A stretch of DNA of 64,000 bases from positions 1 through 64,000 of the forward strand of contig JAWLHB010000039.1 in assembly GCA_041690595.1 (NCBI GenBank), read 5' to 3'. Both the position numbers and the translations under genes were made by a program. Source of the DNA: Lentisphaeria bacterium. GTDB lineage: Bacteria > Verrucomicrobiota > Lentisphaeria > JABSQK01 > JAWLHB01. Shown here piece by piece: positions 42,629-53,115 of the stretch. Each line of letters starts with the position of its first letter. The stretch's first letter is position 1. The notes beneath the pieces are model-generated. The model did not search any database. It worked only from the letters and a program-made list of their open reading frames with translations, and had not been told where the DNA came from.

Positions 42629-44694
42629 GATTCTTCTCCAGTTAGCAGGTTGATCTGGTAGAGGGAAATGGCATACGGCGGCACGGTGGCCGTGAAAGAT
42701 GAGCCTGAGTCAGTCTCAACGACGCAGCTGCTCCACAGGTCGTGGACCTGGCGAATGTCGGCTGAGGCGCAACAGAGGCTCCCCTGCCACGGATCCTTGC
42801 TCCAGTTGAAGAGTGCCACCAGCAGGCCGGCTGGAGTGCGGTTGACCTGATATTGAACAGGCGGGCCGTCGATATCGATCGGCAGGTGGGGCCTGATCAA
42901 CGCCTGCAGCCCGGCCTGGATTCCCCGCACCATGGCGCGACCGGTCAACCCCAGGTGATGATAAGGGGCTGACATGATCACGCGCCCCTTCCCGACGGCG
43001 TGCGATGTCAGAAGGGGCCTGCTGTCCTCGCCGGTTACCAGCGGCTCGGCTCCGGCCAACTCCAAGTCCACGTACTCGTAGCGACCTTCACGCAGCACTT
43101 CACCTGTCGCGGCGACGGTGGAGGGATAAAAGCCGGGCAGGTAGCCACGCTTAGAGCGAACGCCGGTAATGGCCGCCGTCTCTTCATCATCCCACTCGAC
43201 TCCCTGGCTGTGCAGCACCAGGGTACCACCGTTCTGTACGTAGCGCCGCCAGCGAGGCAGATCGGCCGACGGCATGCCGGCGCGACCAGCGAGGATGATG
43301 ATGGGGTAGGCGGCGAGTGTGGTGTCGGCGGCCTCCAGCGTCAGGACATCGACGCAGTCGCCGAGCGGAGTTGGCACAAAGAGACCGCGCTCATAGTCGC
43401 GCATGTCGATGCGCCCATCATGAAGCGCCTGCATCATGTCGCGGTCGCTGCTGAAGGGTGCATCCGGGTTGAAGGTGGGGTCGATGAGGCGGCAGGCAGA
43501 GCCGTTTTCCGGTAGAAACATCTGGAAAAGGGCTGCCAGCATCTGATCGCCGCGAGCCAGGGGGACCGTGCCACCCCATACGCAGTTTTCCCGGGTGAAC
43601 ATGGAGCCATCCCAGCCGTGGCAGAGGGGCACCACCAGCGCCACCGGTACAACAGGGGTGCCGCGGTCGAAGGCGGGATTGCGCAGGAGGTCGGCCAGTT
43701 GCACGGCATGCCTGCCCAGTGGGCTGAGCGGCGCTCCCCAGGTGGCAGGATCAGCGGCCCGCTGATTGTCGCTGAGGGGAAATCCCTTTGCCGTGTCGCA
43801 GTTGCTGGTGCCAAGGCGGGTGGGGGTGGGGAACTGAAAGAAGGTGCACTCCTGAGCCTGTTGCTTGAGCAGGGACGCGCCGCCAAGCATGGCCGATATC
43901 CAGGTGAACCAGTGGAGCGTCGCCGATATGCCGGTGACGTGGCGGTCGTCCGCATCATAGGTGGTCGGTCCGCGACCGACGGAGTTGCTGCCGCCCCACG
44001 GCGAGGTCTCCAGCGCCCACGGCTTGCAGTATTGATGGGCGGCGCCACGCAGGAACGAGATGGCAATCTGGACGTTGTCATTCCAGCCACTGCGTTCGAA
44101 CCAGACACCGTCGGCTCCCCATGCCATCTGGGGATGGATGCCATAGACCTTGTCCGGACCGGTGAAGATACGCAGCTCGGGATCGAAGTCAAAGCCGTAG
44201 ATCGCCTCCGTCAAGTCGCGTATGCCGGGATCGACACCGTGTACAAAGAGGGCTTCCACACGAGCGCGGCGGCTGCCGCCCGCGAAGAGGCTGGCGGCTT
44301 GCCGGTAGTTGGCAAGGGCTTCTTCAGGTGTCGCCAATGGGGGAAGGCGGTGGTAGAGATGCGTTTCGGCTTCGCCCATAATGCCGATCCAGATCTTGCC
44401 CGGGTGGCGACGCGCCAGTTCGTTGATCCCTTCGCCATGCTCGATGACGATGCGTTCCTTGCCGCCATCGAAACCGGCTGAGAGCGCCACCATGACGTGG
44501 GCGCTGCAGGCGGCCAGCCGATCGAGTTCCGCCAGAGTCGGTACCCTCTCGCGGGTGGTAAGGTGCCAGCCGGAGGAGGCAAAGCGCTCCTGATACCAGC
44601 GAAAATCGCGGGTTCGGGCATTGCTTGGCTCAGTCGGCAGCTCCGTCAGCCATGGTTCGCTCACATCGACAGCCAGGATGACTCGCGGCTTCAC
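42625..44694 (-). CDS. Uncharacterised glycoside-hydrolase-like protein with beta-galactosidase trimerisation-like domain
   Basis: [42 protein letters not shown] start overlapping the upstream TGA. Confidence 0.6.
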   Translation of the reverse strand: MKPRVILAVDVSEPWLTELPTEPSNARTRDFRWYQERFASSGWHLTTRERVPTLAELDRLAACSAHVMVALSAGFDGGKERIVIEHGEGINELARRHPGKIWIGIMGEAETHLYHRLPPLATPEEALANYRQAASLFAGGSRRARVEALFVHGVDPGIRDLTEAIYGFDFDPELRIFTGPDKVYGIHPQMAWGADGVWFERSGWNDNVQIAISFLRGAAHQYCKPWALETSPWGGSNSVGRGPTTYDADDRHVTGISATLHWFTWISAMLGGASLLKQQAQECTFFQFPTPTRLGTSNCDTAKGFPLSDNQRAADPATWGAPLSPLGRHAVQLADLLRNPAFDRGTPVVPVALVVPLCHGWDGSMFTRENCVWGGTVPLARGDQMLAALFQMFLPENGSACRLIDPTFNPDAPFSSDRDMMQALHDGRIDMRDYERGLFVPTPLGDCVDVLTLEAADTTLAAYPIIILAGRAGMPSADLPRWRRYVQNGGTLVLHSQGVEWDDEETAAITGVRSKRGYLPGFYPSTVAATGEVLREGRYEYVDLELAGAEPLVTGEDSRPLLTSHAVGKGRVIMSAPYHHLGLTGRAMVRGIQAGLQALIRPHLPIDIDGPPVQYQVNRTPAGLLVALFNWSKDPWQGSLCCASADIRQVHDLWSSCVVETDSGSSFTATVPPYAISLYQINLLTGEES

Positions 44695-47600
44695 GGTGCA
44701 TCCTCCGTGAGGGTGATGGTGGCGACCTGCTCGATTCCAGTCATGACGTCTCGGATGGCAACGCGCCATTCGCCGGGCGGGTCGTTGAAGGCAAAGGGGA
44801 GGGTGAAGGTGGTGCGACCTTCGGGCGCTATCCGGGTTTGGCAGTAGAGGGGGCGTCGGGCGCCGCTGGGAGCATGAACCTGCATGTAGAGGACGTGCTC
44901 ACCGGGCAGCCCTGCATCAACCATGAGTTGCACGGGGATCTCTAGTCGCTGCCCAGCCGTTGCCGCGGACGGGAGGGTTGCCTGCACGGCAGTCGGTCGA
45001 TACGGGAGCAAGGCGAGGAGTCGACCGTGGAACGATGGTAGATCGAGTTCCGCGGAGGTCGTCTTGCCGTAATAGTCGCGGGTGCGCACGTTGTAGGCGT
45101 GGCGCGGTTCCGGCCAGGTGAAGCGGACGGTCGTGACGGCGTCGAAGGTGCTGGATTCATCAATGAGAATGGGCTTGCCGCCGCTCCACACGGAATGCCC
45201 GCGCATGGCGCCGATCAAGGTTGCCGCGCCGCGTTCGAACGCGTGGATGGGCCGGTAAGGCAGGGGTGCGCCAGTATAGGGATCGAGTATGCGAGCCGGC
45301 GGCTGGAGGGTGGCGAGCCGGACCAGCGCATTGCCGAAGATCTGATGCCAGCCGCTGGAATCCAGATTCAGATCGCGGTAGAGGAAGTTGAGCAGCAGGG
45401 TCCTGCCCTTGCCGGTCTCATGGATGAAGAAGGTGTCGGCCTCGCGCCCTTCGCGGGAGTAGGCTTTCCCGACGCTGGTTGCGCCCGCGGCCGCAATGCC
45501 TGTCTGCCAGACATCGCCCTGCAGCCAGGTGGTTTCCTCGCTGAAGCGCGGGTCGCTGGTCAGAAGTCCGATGGAAGTCCAGGCTTCTGACTCATGGTGG
45601 AGTTGTGCCTGTGTGGCGTCGACGCCGAAGAGATCGGCGAGAAGGCTCTCGGGGCGTGGTTTGCCGAAGCGGGTACGGGTGGCTGGCAGCAGATCGGCGA
45701 CCACGGTTCCGCCATTGGCGACGAAAAGGCGGATGGCGTCGGCGGTCGCTTCGTCCATGGCCAGTGCCTGCGGCAGGATGAGCAGCTTGCAGTCGTGAAG
45801 ATCGCCCTGGCGAATCTCCTCGGCGACGACATTGCCGGGCTGGATAAAGAGGAGCTTGGAGAAGAGGTCGCGCATGGTTTGTTCGGAGATTGGGCGTCCC
45901 TCCTTGAGGCGGAGTCCGCGCCAGGCATCGGTTCGCTTGAGGAAGAGCCAGGCGAGAGCCATATTCTCGGGAGAATAGAGGATGCGCACCTGGCGGTCGA
46001 GGCGATTTGCGCCGCTGACGAGGGTGCCGACGCCGTCCCGAATGTCCTCGATGCCGGTCTCGATCCATTCCGCGTGGCGCCGCCAGGCAAGCTCGGGGCC
46101 AATGATCTGCGACCCATAGTAGAACCAGAGGGCGTCCGCGCCCGCGAAGAGCTGTGCCCATGGTCCCCACTGCTGCCAATGCAGGGGGGGATCGTACTTC
46201 TGAGCGCCGGGTTGACCGACATAGGCGCCGGGGAAAACCATCGACTCCTGTCCGCCATACGCCATGATGAAGCGCATGTGCGGCCTGAGGGTGCCGAAAT
46301 CGCCGCCACGATAGGTCGGGCCACCTTCGCGGGAAGTCCAGTTCGGCGCGCCGGCGCCCACCCCGTATGAGGGACCGAGCGCGGCATGTTCTTCCTGCAT
46401 CCAGCCATAGAAGTCGCGTGCGTAGACTTGGTTGGCAAACTGGCGAAACTCCAGCCAGCCACTTGGATTGTCGTTGGTGGCAAGATCCTCCTCTTCCACG
46501 ACGCGAAGCTCGTCGAAGCTGGCGAAGGTGGTGCTCCAGGCGTCGTTGACGTCGGAGATGGTCGGGTAACTCTCCCGCAGATAGCTCTTGAAGCTGGCCA
46601 GACAGTGCTCGCACTGGCATGCCTGCGCACCTTTCATGGCACCATCCTCATACTTGGTGAAGGCGAAGAAGGCTTCGTCATTCACAACGCGGCCGATGCC
46701 GCCGTAGCGTTCGATGTCAAGCTTTGCCTGGGCGATGTTCTTCCGCCATTCGGCACGAATCTCTGGTTTGTTGGGGCAGCTGACGAGTTCCTTCTCCAGA
46801 GTGGTCTGTTTGAGGTAGGGGCTCATGGCGCCGGTAATGCTGTACAGGCCCTGATGCGTGTGCTGGCGCACATAGTCGCGATTGTGCCAGTTGGCATAGA
46901 TGGCGTTGAGACCGAGGAGGCGGAAGAGATCGCCAACCATCGGTTCAAGGTGCGCTTCCGCCCGCACCCAACCATAGGCGGGCATGCAGAAGGTTTCGCC
47001 CATGCTGGCCACGCCGATGCGCGGAACGTAGAGAGTGGATGCCACTCGGACCATGGGCGTCTCTCCATCGTGCAGGGCGAAGACGATCCGGTTGCGCGGC
47101 AGGCATGAAGAGGAGAGATCGATGGTAATCTCGGCACTCTGGTCGATCGGCAGGCGCTGCTGGAAGAAGAGCCGATCGAGATCGTCGAAGGCCGTGACGA
47201 TGAGCTGCCCGGGATGCGTGGAGGTCAGACGATAGGTGGCGGAACCACCCATCGGCGCGGTGGTTGGCGCAACGTCGAGGGTCAGGCTTGCACCGCCGGT
47301 GACGATGACAGGCACGGCGCCCCAGTCCACCACGTTGCCGTCATCGAGGAGCCACACTTCCAGCCGATAATCGCCATTGCCTGAAGGAGCTTGAAGCTGC
47401 AGAGACTGAGCAAGGGTCTCTTCTCCTGAGGAGACTGGTGTGCCCAGGCTGTCGATCAGCCGCCATCGCAGGTTGCCCTGGGCATCCAGGAGAGCCACGT
47501 CCACATTGCTGCCCGCGACGGCTTGGATGGTATCGGGCACCCGCAGTTGCTGGTCGGGTTCGTGGCCGGCGGCCCATGCCAGCGCCTTCAGCCACAGCGC

Positions 47601-48515
47601 GTAGACCGGTTCATGCGGATTGTCGTGGCGCGGCAGAGCTTCGCGGTCCCACCGCGGTATGATCCCGCCGTTGACCGCGTTGTGATAATAGAGGCCGACC
47701 ACGCGGCCAAGTCCGTGGAAGGTGGTGGCGAGCAGCGGTCGTCCATCCGTGGCGGCCAGCACCTCGGCCCCCTCGTCAGCCTTGGCAGCGTGACTGTTGG
47801 TGGGTGGCCAGGCATGCAGGGAGATACCGCGGGTAATCCAGTGGTCCGCGGTCGAGCGGTTGGGCTGGCCGGCAACAGAGCCATAGGTGAAGTCGATGGG
47901 GACCAGAGCTTGCCATTTCTCCAGCAAGGGTTTGGGCGATCGCCACCACTGCTGCACGTCATTGTAGCAGACGACGCCGGTACCGGCTTCGATCTTTGCC
48001 AGGAGTCGATCGGCAATGTCTTCATCGAACTTCATGAAGGCTTCGCTGGAGAGCAGAATGACATCATGATCGCCGTCGAGGGCCAGGCGAAGGCGTTCCT
48101 GGAACATGGGTCGCAGGGTCGAACCAGCGGCGGCTGAATCCCTGAGACTGGCGGGGATGAGAACGATATCAACCTGAAAATCGCTTCGCTGGCGCAGTTC
48201 GATGGCGGTACGAGCAGCCGCATGATTGAGCCAGCACAAGGCCAGGACACGGACCGGCTTGCCCGCCGAGGGGGAGGCCCAGTCGGTGTGGGGCGATTCC
48301 ATCGCGGCAATGGATTCCACCAGCGCGAGCGAATCGCCATGTTCGACAAATTTGCATGCCTCGCGCGTGGTGAAGTTGTTCCGCACCATGACGGCTACCG
48401 GATCGTGCATCTGATCCGTGCCGTTCACTGGCGGCTTGACGATCTCGCGGGGCCGATCATCGGCGCAGACCGCAAGTGTCAGCAAGAACACGATACACGG
48501 GACAAGAGCTTTCAT
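44691..48515 (-). CDS. Large secreted GH42-like beta-galactosidase-type protein
   Basis: Signal peptide; NDEA, CQCEHC..SF..YL..Y.TI..VN.AW.T.F.SFD (GH42-like Zn/barrel segment); KLLILPQ..FVANGGTVVAD trimerisation domain; C-terminal Ig-like NDPPGEW. Confidence 0.7.
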   Translation of the reverse strand: MKALVPCIVFLLTLAVCADDRPREIVKPPVNGTDQMHDPVAVMVRNNFTTREACKFVEHGDSLALVESIAAMESPHTDWASPSAGKPVRVLALCWLNHAAARTAIELRQRSDFQVDIVLIPASLRDSAAAGSTLRPMFQERLRLALDGDHDVILLSSEAFMKFDEDIADRLLAKIEAGTGVVCYNDVQQWWRSPKPLLEKWQALVPIDFTYGSVAGQPNRSTADHWITRGISLHAWPPTNSHAAKADEGAEVLAATDGRPLLATTFHGLGRVVGLYYHNAVNGGIIPRWDREALPRHDNPHEPVYALWLKALAWAAGHEPDQQLRVPDTIQAVAGSNVDVALLDAQGNLRWRLIDSLGTPVSSGEETLAQSLQLQAPSGNGDYRLEVWLLDDGNVVDWGAVPVIVTGGASLTLDVAPTTAPMGGSATYRLTSTHPGQLIVTAFDDLDRLFFQQRLPIDQSAEITIDLSSSCLPRNRIVFALHDGETPMVRVASTLYVPRIGVASMGETFCMPAYGWVRAEAHLEPMVGDLFRLLGLNAIYANWHNRDYVRQHTHQGLYSITGAMSPYLKQTTLEKELVSCPNKPEIRAEWRKNIAQAKLDIERYGGIGRVVNDEAFFAFTKYEDGAMKGAQACQCEHCLASFKSYLRESYPTISDVNDAWSTTFASFDELRVVEEEDLATNDNPSGWLEFRQFANQVYARDFYGWMQEEHAALGPSYGVGAGAPNWTSREGGPTYRGGDFGTLRPHMRFIMAYGGQESMVFPGAYVGQPGAQKYDPPLHWQQWGPWAQLFAGADALWFYYGSQIIGPELAWRRHAEWIETGIEDIRDGVGTLVSGANRLDRQVRILYSPENMALAWLFLKRTDAWRGLRLKEGRPISEQTMRDLFSKLLFIQPGNVVAEEIRQGDLHDCKLLILPQALAMDEATADAIRLFVANGGTVVADLLPATRTRFGKPRPESLLADLFGVDATQAQLHHESEAWTSIGLLTSDPRFSEETTWLQGDVWQTGIAAAGATSVGKAYSREGREADTFFIHETGKGRTLLLNFLYRDLNLDSSGWHQIFGNALVRLATLQPPARILDPYTGAPLPYRPIHAFERGAATLIGAMRGHSVWSGGKPILIDESSTFDAVTTVRFTWPEPRHAYNVRTRDYYGKTTSAELDLPSFHGRLLALLPYRPTAVQATLPSAATAGQRLEIPVQLMVDAGLPGEHVLYMQVHAPSGARRPLYCQTRIAPEGRTTFTLPFAFNDPPGEWRVAIRDVMTGIEQVATITLTEDAP

Positions 48516-49549
48516 GGCGACTCCTGGTTGGCAAGGCGTGCGCACGAGGCGCGCTGAATGAAGGTGGTGGGGAGCTGCAGTTTGATGGGGGAGCCCTGGG
48601 CGTCGTTTCGTTTCTCCGGATGCAGGAGGATGTCGATGGCATGGGAGACCATCTCGTCGACCGGTTCCTTCATGGTGGTGAGAGGTGGTGAATGATAGGC
48701 GCCGACTTCATCGCCGGAAAAGCCGATGATCGAGACGTCCTCTGGAACGCGCAACCCTTGCTCCTGAAGAGCCCGGGATGCACCCATGGCGACATAATCG
48801 TTGGCAGCGAAGAGGGCGGTGAAGGCGATACGACGCTCCAGCAGCTCGTGCACGCCGCGATAGCCGCCATCATAGTGAAAATTGGCCTGAACCAGCAAAC
48901 CCGGCTCCTCGGCCAGCCCCAGTTCGTGGACGGCCTGCAGATAACCGAGGCAACGTTCGTCCGCCGCATATTCACCGGCTGGCCCGCGCAGGTGCGCGAT
49001 GCGTCGATGGCCGAGAGCAGCCAGGTGGCGCATCGCGTCCATCGCGCCGTCACGATTGGCGCAGCCGACAAAGGGAAACGGAACCAAGGGTGTATCCAGG
49101 TTGAGCAGAACCGTGGGCACCTGTTGCTGCTGAAAGTGCCGGTACACATCTTCCTTGCAGGGTGATGACAACAGCAGCCCGTCAATATTGCGTGACATCA
49201 GGAATTCCACCTTCTCCCAAGCGAAATAGCGTCCGCTCTGGACGATGACGAGGTGATAGCCCGCATTCTGAAGAGTGTGCTCGACCGCGTCGACCACGCG
49301 GCCCCAGAACTCATGTTTCACCGTGGAGACGACCAGCCCGATCAGCCAGCTTCGATTCAGTCGCAGCCCCTGTGCCTGACGGTTCTGCCGATATCCCATT
49401 TCCGCGCAAAGCTTCAGGATACGCTGCCGGGTCTCTGCATGCACCGTGCCGCCATTCAGGGCGCGGGTCACGGTCATGGCTGACACCCCAGCTCGGCGCG
49501 CAATCTCTTCGCGTCGTATGGATCTTCCCGATGGAGGTGATGTGTTCAC
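48512..49549 (-). CDS. LacI-family transcriptional regulator
   Basis: EIARRAGVSAMTVTRALN HTH, LGHRRIA, ALFAAND, GLRVPEDVSIIGF, PPLTT; GTG 49549 preferred over ATG 49585. Confidence 0.93.
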   Translation of the reverse strand: MNTSPPSGRSIRREEIARRAGVSAMTVTRALNGGTVHAETRQRILKLCAEMGYRQNRQAQGLRLNRSWLIGLVVSTVKHEFWGRVVDAVEHTLQNAGYHLVIVQSGRYFAWEKVEFLMSRNIDGLLLSSPCKEDVYRHFQQQQVPTVLLNLDTPLVPFPFVGCANRDGAMDAMRHLAALGHRRIAHLRGPAGEYAADERCLGYLQAVHELGLAEEPGLLVQANFHYDGGYRGVHELLERRIAFTALFAANDYVAMGASRALQEQGLRVPEDVSIIGFSGDEVGAYHSPPLTTMKEPVDEMVSHAIDILLHPEKRNDAQGSPIKLQLPTTFIQRASCARLANQESP

Positions 49550-49561
49550 GTGAACATTATA
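49543..49561 (-). promoter_or_regulatory. -10 box plus LacI-type operator overlapping the start codon
   Basis: Minus strand TATAAT (49561-49556)-GTTCAC-GTG; perfect palindrome TGTTCACGTGAACA (49543-49556) with central CG. Confidence 0.7.
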
Positions 49562-49767
49562 GAGTGTCCGGAATCGTTTTTCCATAGGAATTGAAGAAAA
49601 AGGTTGGGGATGGTTCAGGGACGAAGCCGCTGGCGTTCTGACGTGAAGGGGGCAGCGGCGGAGTGGCTTTGTTGCCGAGCTTACTTGCAGGCTGGTGACG
49701 GCGGGCAATAGTATGGCTGCTTTTTCGGGGCAGTTGTGCTGAATCGCGACCCACAGGCAGCCATCGC

Positions 49768-50376
49768 ATGCAGGATTCTCTCTGGTATTTCACCAGCGTG
49801 ACCATCAAGTTCTTCTTTCTCCTCACGCCCTTCTTCGTGCTCTCCATGTTCCTGAGCATGACGCACGGACTGGAGGCGGCGGGACGGCGGCGGCTGGCAC
49901 TGCGCGTAACCATGGCGGTGGTGGCGACCGGCCTGATTCTCTACTTCTTCGGCAACGCGATCTTCACGCTCTTCGGCATCACCCTCGACGCCTTCCGCAT
50001 CGGTGCGGGCGCGCTCCTCTTCCTCTCCTCGGTCGACCTGGCGCGGGGCACCCGCTCCCAGCCTTCCCTGGAGCCGGATGGTGATATTGCGGTGGTCCCA
50101 CTGGCGATCCCGATCACGGTCGGCCCGGCAACCACGGGCGCGCTGCTGGTGATGGGTGCCGAGTCCACGTCGGGGCTAACGCGTGGACTGGGTGCGGCCG
50201 GCCTGATCGCCGCTGCCCTGGCCGTCGGTTCCCTGCTCTTTGCGGCGGCGAGCCTGGAGCGCTGGGTCGGCAAGCGGGGTCTTTCCATCATGAGCAAGCT
50301 CACGGGACTGGTCCTTGCCGCACTTGCCGCGCAGATGATCTTCACGGGTATCCAGCATTTTCTGCTCGTGCCCTGA
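49768..50376 (+). CDS. MarC family membrane protein
   Basis: LFGITLDAFRIGAGALLF, IAVVPLAIPITVGPA, KLTGLVLAALA.QM. Confidence 0.93.
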   Translation: MQDSLWYFTSVTIKFFFLLTPFFVLSMFLSMTHGLEAAGRRRLALRVTMAVVATGLILYFFGNAIFTLFGITLDAFRIGAGALLFLSSVDLARGTRSQPSLEPDGDIAVVPLAIPITVGPATTGALLVMGAESTSGLTRGLGAAGLIAAALAVGSLLFAAASLERWVGKRGLSIMSKLTGLVLAALAAQMIFTGIQHFLLVP

Positions 50377-50396
50377 CCCGCACGAGCCGGCTTCGA

Positions 50397-52793
50397 TCAG
50401 CGCATCTCGATGGGCAGTTTCTGGGGAAGCTGGTCGCGGAGTTGTTCGTACGCCTTGTTGACTTCCTTGTCATTGAGGGTACGCTCGGGATGCCGGAAGG
50501 TGAAGGAGTAGGCCATGCTCTTCTTCCCTTTGCCGAGAACCGCCTCGTCCCGGAAGATGTCGAAGAGGGCCACTCGCTCCAGATTGTCCAGCTTCAGGCC
50601 AGCAATCGCGTCGAGAACCGCCTGATGGGTCAACGACTCGTCCGCCAGAAAGGCGATGTCGCGTGTGGTTGACGGATACTGCGGCATCGCCTGAAAGACG
50701 ACTGGGCGTCCCTGGCATGCCCACAGCCGATCGACCTGGATCAGCGCCACGTAGAGCGGGTGCTTTATGCGCATGTCGGCGACCAGTTCCGGATGAACTT
50801 CGCCGGCGACGCCGATCTCGTTTTCGCCAACGAGCAGCCGGGCGCCGAAGCCCTTGCGGAAGGCGGGATGCTCTGCCTTCTCCAGGCGCCAGCCGGTGAG
50901 GCGCTGGCTGTCCAGCAGCTCATCGATGCAGCCGCGCAGGTCACTGAAATCGACTTCGGCTTCAGCTTCCGCGGAGTAGCGTTCGGGATGGCGGCGCCCG
51001 GTCAGGCCGATGGCGAGTTCGAGGCGCTGTTCGGGGGTGTCCGGTCGCCGGCAGAAGGTGCGGTCGATCTCGAAGAGGGCCAGGTCGTGGTTGTCGTGAG
51101 CGATGTTGTGGGCGACCGTCTGCAACATGTTGGGCAGGAGGGTGGGGCGCAGGACGGCGAACTCGTTGCTGATGGGATTGGCAAGTTGGATCAGCTCATC
51201 GCCGGTAAAGCCGGTACGCCGGGTAGCCCGCTGCTCGTTGAGAAAGTTGTTGTGCTGGCATTCGTCCAGCCCCAGACCGAGGAGCTTGTCCCGCAGTTGC
51301 TGCAGTCGGTAATAGCTGTCATGGCGGCGCTCGCCACCGCTCTTGGCGGTTGGATTGCCGGTGGGGATCCTGTTGAGGCCATGAATGCGGGCGATCTCCT
51401 CGATCAGATCTGCTTCCCGCTCGATGTCCAGGCGATGGGAGGGCACCGCGACGGTGCATTGCACCTCGTCCCGGCTCACGATCTCCATGCCCAGCCGCTC
51501 GAGGATGCCGGTGATCTCACCGGCCGTGAGCTGCAGCCCGATCAGGCTGCAGGCGCGCTGGTAGCGGCAGCTTACCCTGGGCGCCACGTATGGACCTTTC
51601 CGCACGTCGATCATGCCTTTTACGAGTTCGCCACCGGCGTACTCGCAGATCAACTGGGCGGCCCTTGCGCTGGCTCGTTCCGTCATCTCGACATCCACGC
51701 CCCGTTCGAAGCGATACGAGGAGTCGGTGATGAGGCCCAGGCCGCGTGAAGTGGCGCGAATATTGGGCGCGTGGAAGGCGGCGCTTTCGAGGAGGACCGT
51801 GGTCGTTGTCTCGGCAATCTCGCTGTTGGCGCCGCCCATGACGCCGGCCAGGGCAACGCCCCGCTCCGCGTCGCAGATGAGCAGGTGCTCGGTGGTCAGC
51901 TTGTGCTCCTGATCGTCGAGGGTCGTGATCGTCTCGTCGGGTCGTGCTCTGCGCACAATGATAGTGTGTTGCGCCAGATCTTCATAGTCGAAGGCATGCA
52001 GTGGCTGGCCCAGTTCCATCATGACAAAATTGGTGATGTCAACGACATTGTTGATGGGGCGCAGGCCGACGGCGCGCAGGTAGTCGCGCATCCACTTGGG
52101 GCTGGGGCCGATCTTGACGTTGCGGATGATGCGGGCGGTATAGCGGGGGCAGAGGTCGGGATCCTCCACGATCACCTTGGCCAGCTCATTGACGTCCGTG
52201 CCGGGCAGCTCCGACAGGGTGATTTCGGGCATGCGGGAGGGTTTGCCGGTGAGGGCGGCAATGTCGCGGGCGATACCGTAATGAGAGAGCCAGTCGGGAC
52301 GATTCGGCGTCACTTCCCAGTCGATGACCGTATCGACACCCAGATACTCCTTGTACGATACGCCAACCGGAGCATCGTCGGGCAGAATGATGATACCGGC
52401 ATGTTCCTGGCCCAGGCCCAGTTCGTCGAGGGCGCACAGCATACCGAAGGACTCGACTCCGCGCAGCTTGGCCTTCTTGAGGGTGAAATTGCCCGGCAGC
52501 GTTGCGCCGATGCGTCCAAAGACAGCCTTCTTGCCGGCATCGCAGTTGGGCGCGCCGCAGACGACCTGTTGCGTCTGGCCGCTGCCGTCGTCAACCATGC
52601 AGACGCTGAGGCGGTCGGCATTGGGGTGGGGGGCGCGCTCCAGGATCTTTGCCACGACGACATCATCGGGCAGGTCGTTGATGCGTTCGATGCCTTCCAC
52701 CTCGAGCCCGGCCATGGTAAGCTCTTCGGCCAGGGTATCCGCATCCCAGGGAATCTCAACGTACTCTTGTAACCATCTATAGGAGGTCTTCAT
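50397..52793 (-). CDS. pheT: Phenylalanine--tRNA ligase beta subunit
   Basis: HPNADRL, VVCGAPN, EVTPNRPD, RPINNVVDITN, SYRFERG, EADLIEEIARIHG, FDX-ACB tail KKSMAY. Confidence 0.98.
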   Translation of the reverse strand: MKTSYRWLQEYVEIPWDADTLAEELTMAGLEVEGIERINDLPDDVVVAKILERAPHPNADRLSVCMVDDGSGQTQQVVCGAPNCDAGKKAVFGRIGATLPGNFTLKKAKLRGVESFGMLCALDELGLGQEHAGIIILPDDAPVGVSYKEYLGVDTVIDWEVTPNRPDWLSHYGIARDIAALTGKPSRMPEITLSELPGTDVNELAKVIVEDPDLCPRYTARIIRNVKIGPSPKWMRDYLRAVGLRPINNVVDITNFVMMELGQPLHAFDYEDLAQHTIIVRRARPDETITTLDDQEHKLTTEHLLICDAERGVALAGVMGGANSEIAETTTTVLLESAAFHAPNIRATSRGLGLITDSSYRFERGVDVEMTERASARAAQLICEYAGGELVKGMIDVRKGPYVAPRVSCRYQRACSLIGLQLTAGEITGILERLGMEIVSRDEVQCTVAVPSHRLDIEREADLIEEIARIHGLNRIPTGNPTAKSGGERRHDSYYRLQQLRDKLLGLGLDECQHNNFLNEQRATRRTGFTGDELIQLANPISNEFAVLRPTLLPNMLQTVAHNIAHDNHDLALFEIDRTFCRRPDTPEQRLELAIGLTGRRHPERYSAEAEAEVDFSDLRGCIDELLDSQRLTGWRLEKAEHPAFRKGFGARLLVGENEIGVAGEVHPELVADMRIKHPLYVALIQVDRLWACQGRPVVFQAMPQYPSTTRDIAFLADESLTHQAVLDAIAGLKLDNLERVALFDIFRDEAVLGKGKKSMAYSFTFRHPERTLNDKEVNKAYEQLRDQLPQKLPIEMR

Positions 52794-52926
52794 CTGCTGC
52801 TGGTGCCTGAAGTTCTGATTGGCGTCGGCGGGGGAAGCAAGAAGTATAGCCATAATCGCCGCCATTGCCAGCCTCTCGTCGGACAAAAATCGCAGCCGAT
52901 GGGGCGGGGGGGGGCAGGCGGGGACT

Positions 52927-53115
52927 TGGCGAGGCCTCTGGCCGAACCAAAGCTTTTCGGTACAGGGGGCGAGAAATCACATAGTTAAACATCTGACGCT
53001 ATCAGGATCACCACGAAGAACCTGGCGAGGCCTCTGGCCGCAACCAAAGCTTATCGGCCTCGGGGTAGAACCTTCCCGTTCAGCATCCGACGCTATAAAG
53101 GTCACCACGAAGGAC
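52927..53115 (+). repeat. Imperfect tandem duplication of ~95 bp
   Basis: TGGCGAGGCCTCTGGCCG(C)AACCAAAGCTT at 52927 and 53023; CATCYGACGCTAT....TCACCACGAAGRAC at 52990 and 53084. Confidence 0.85.
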
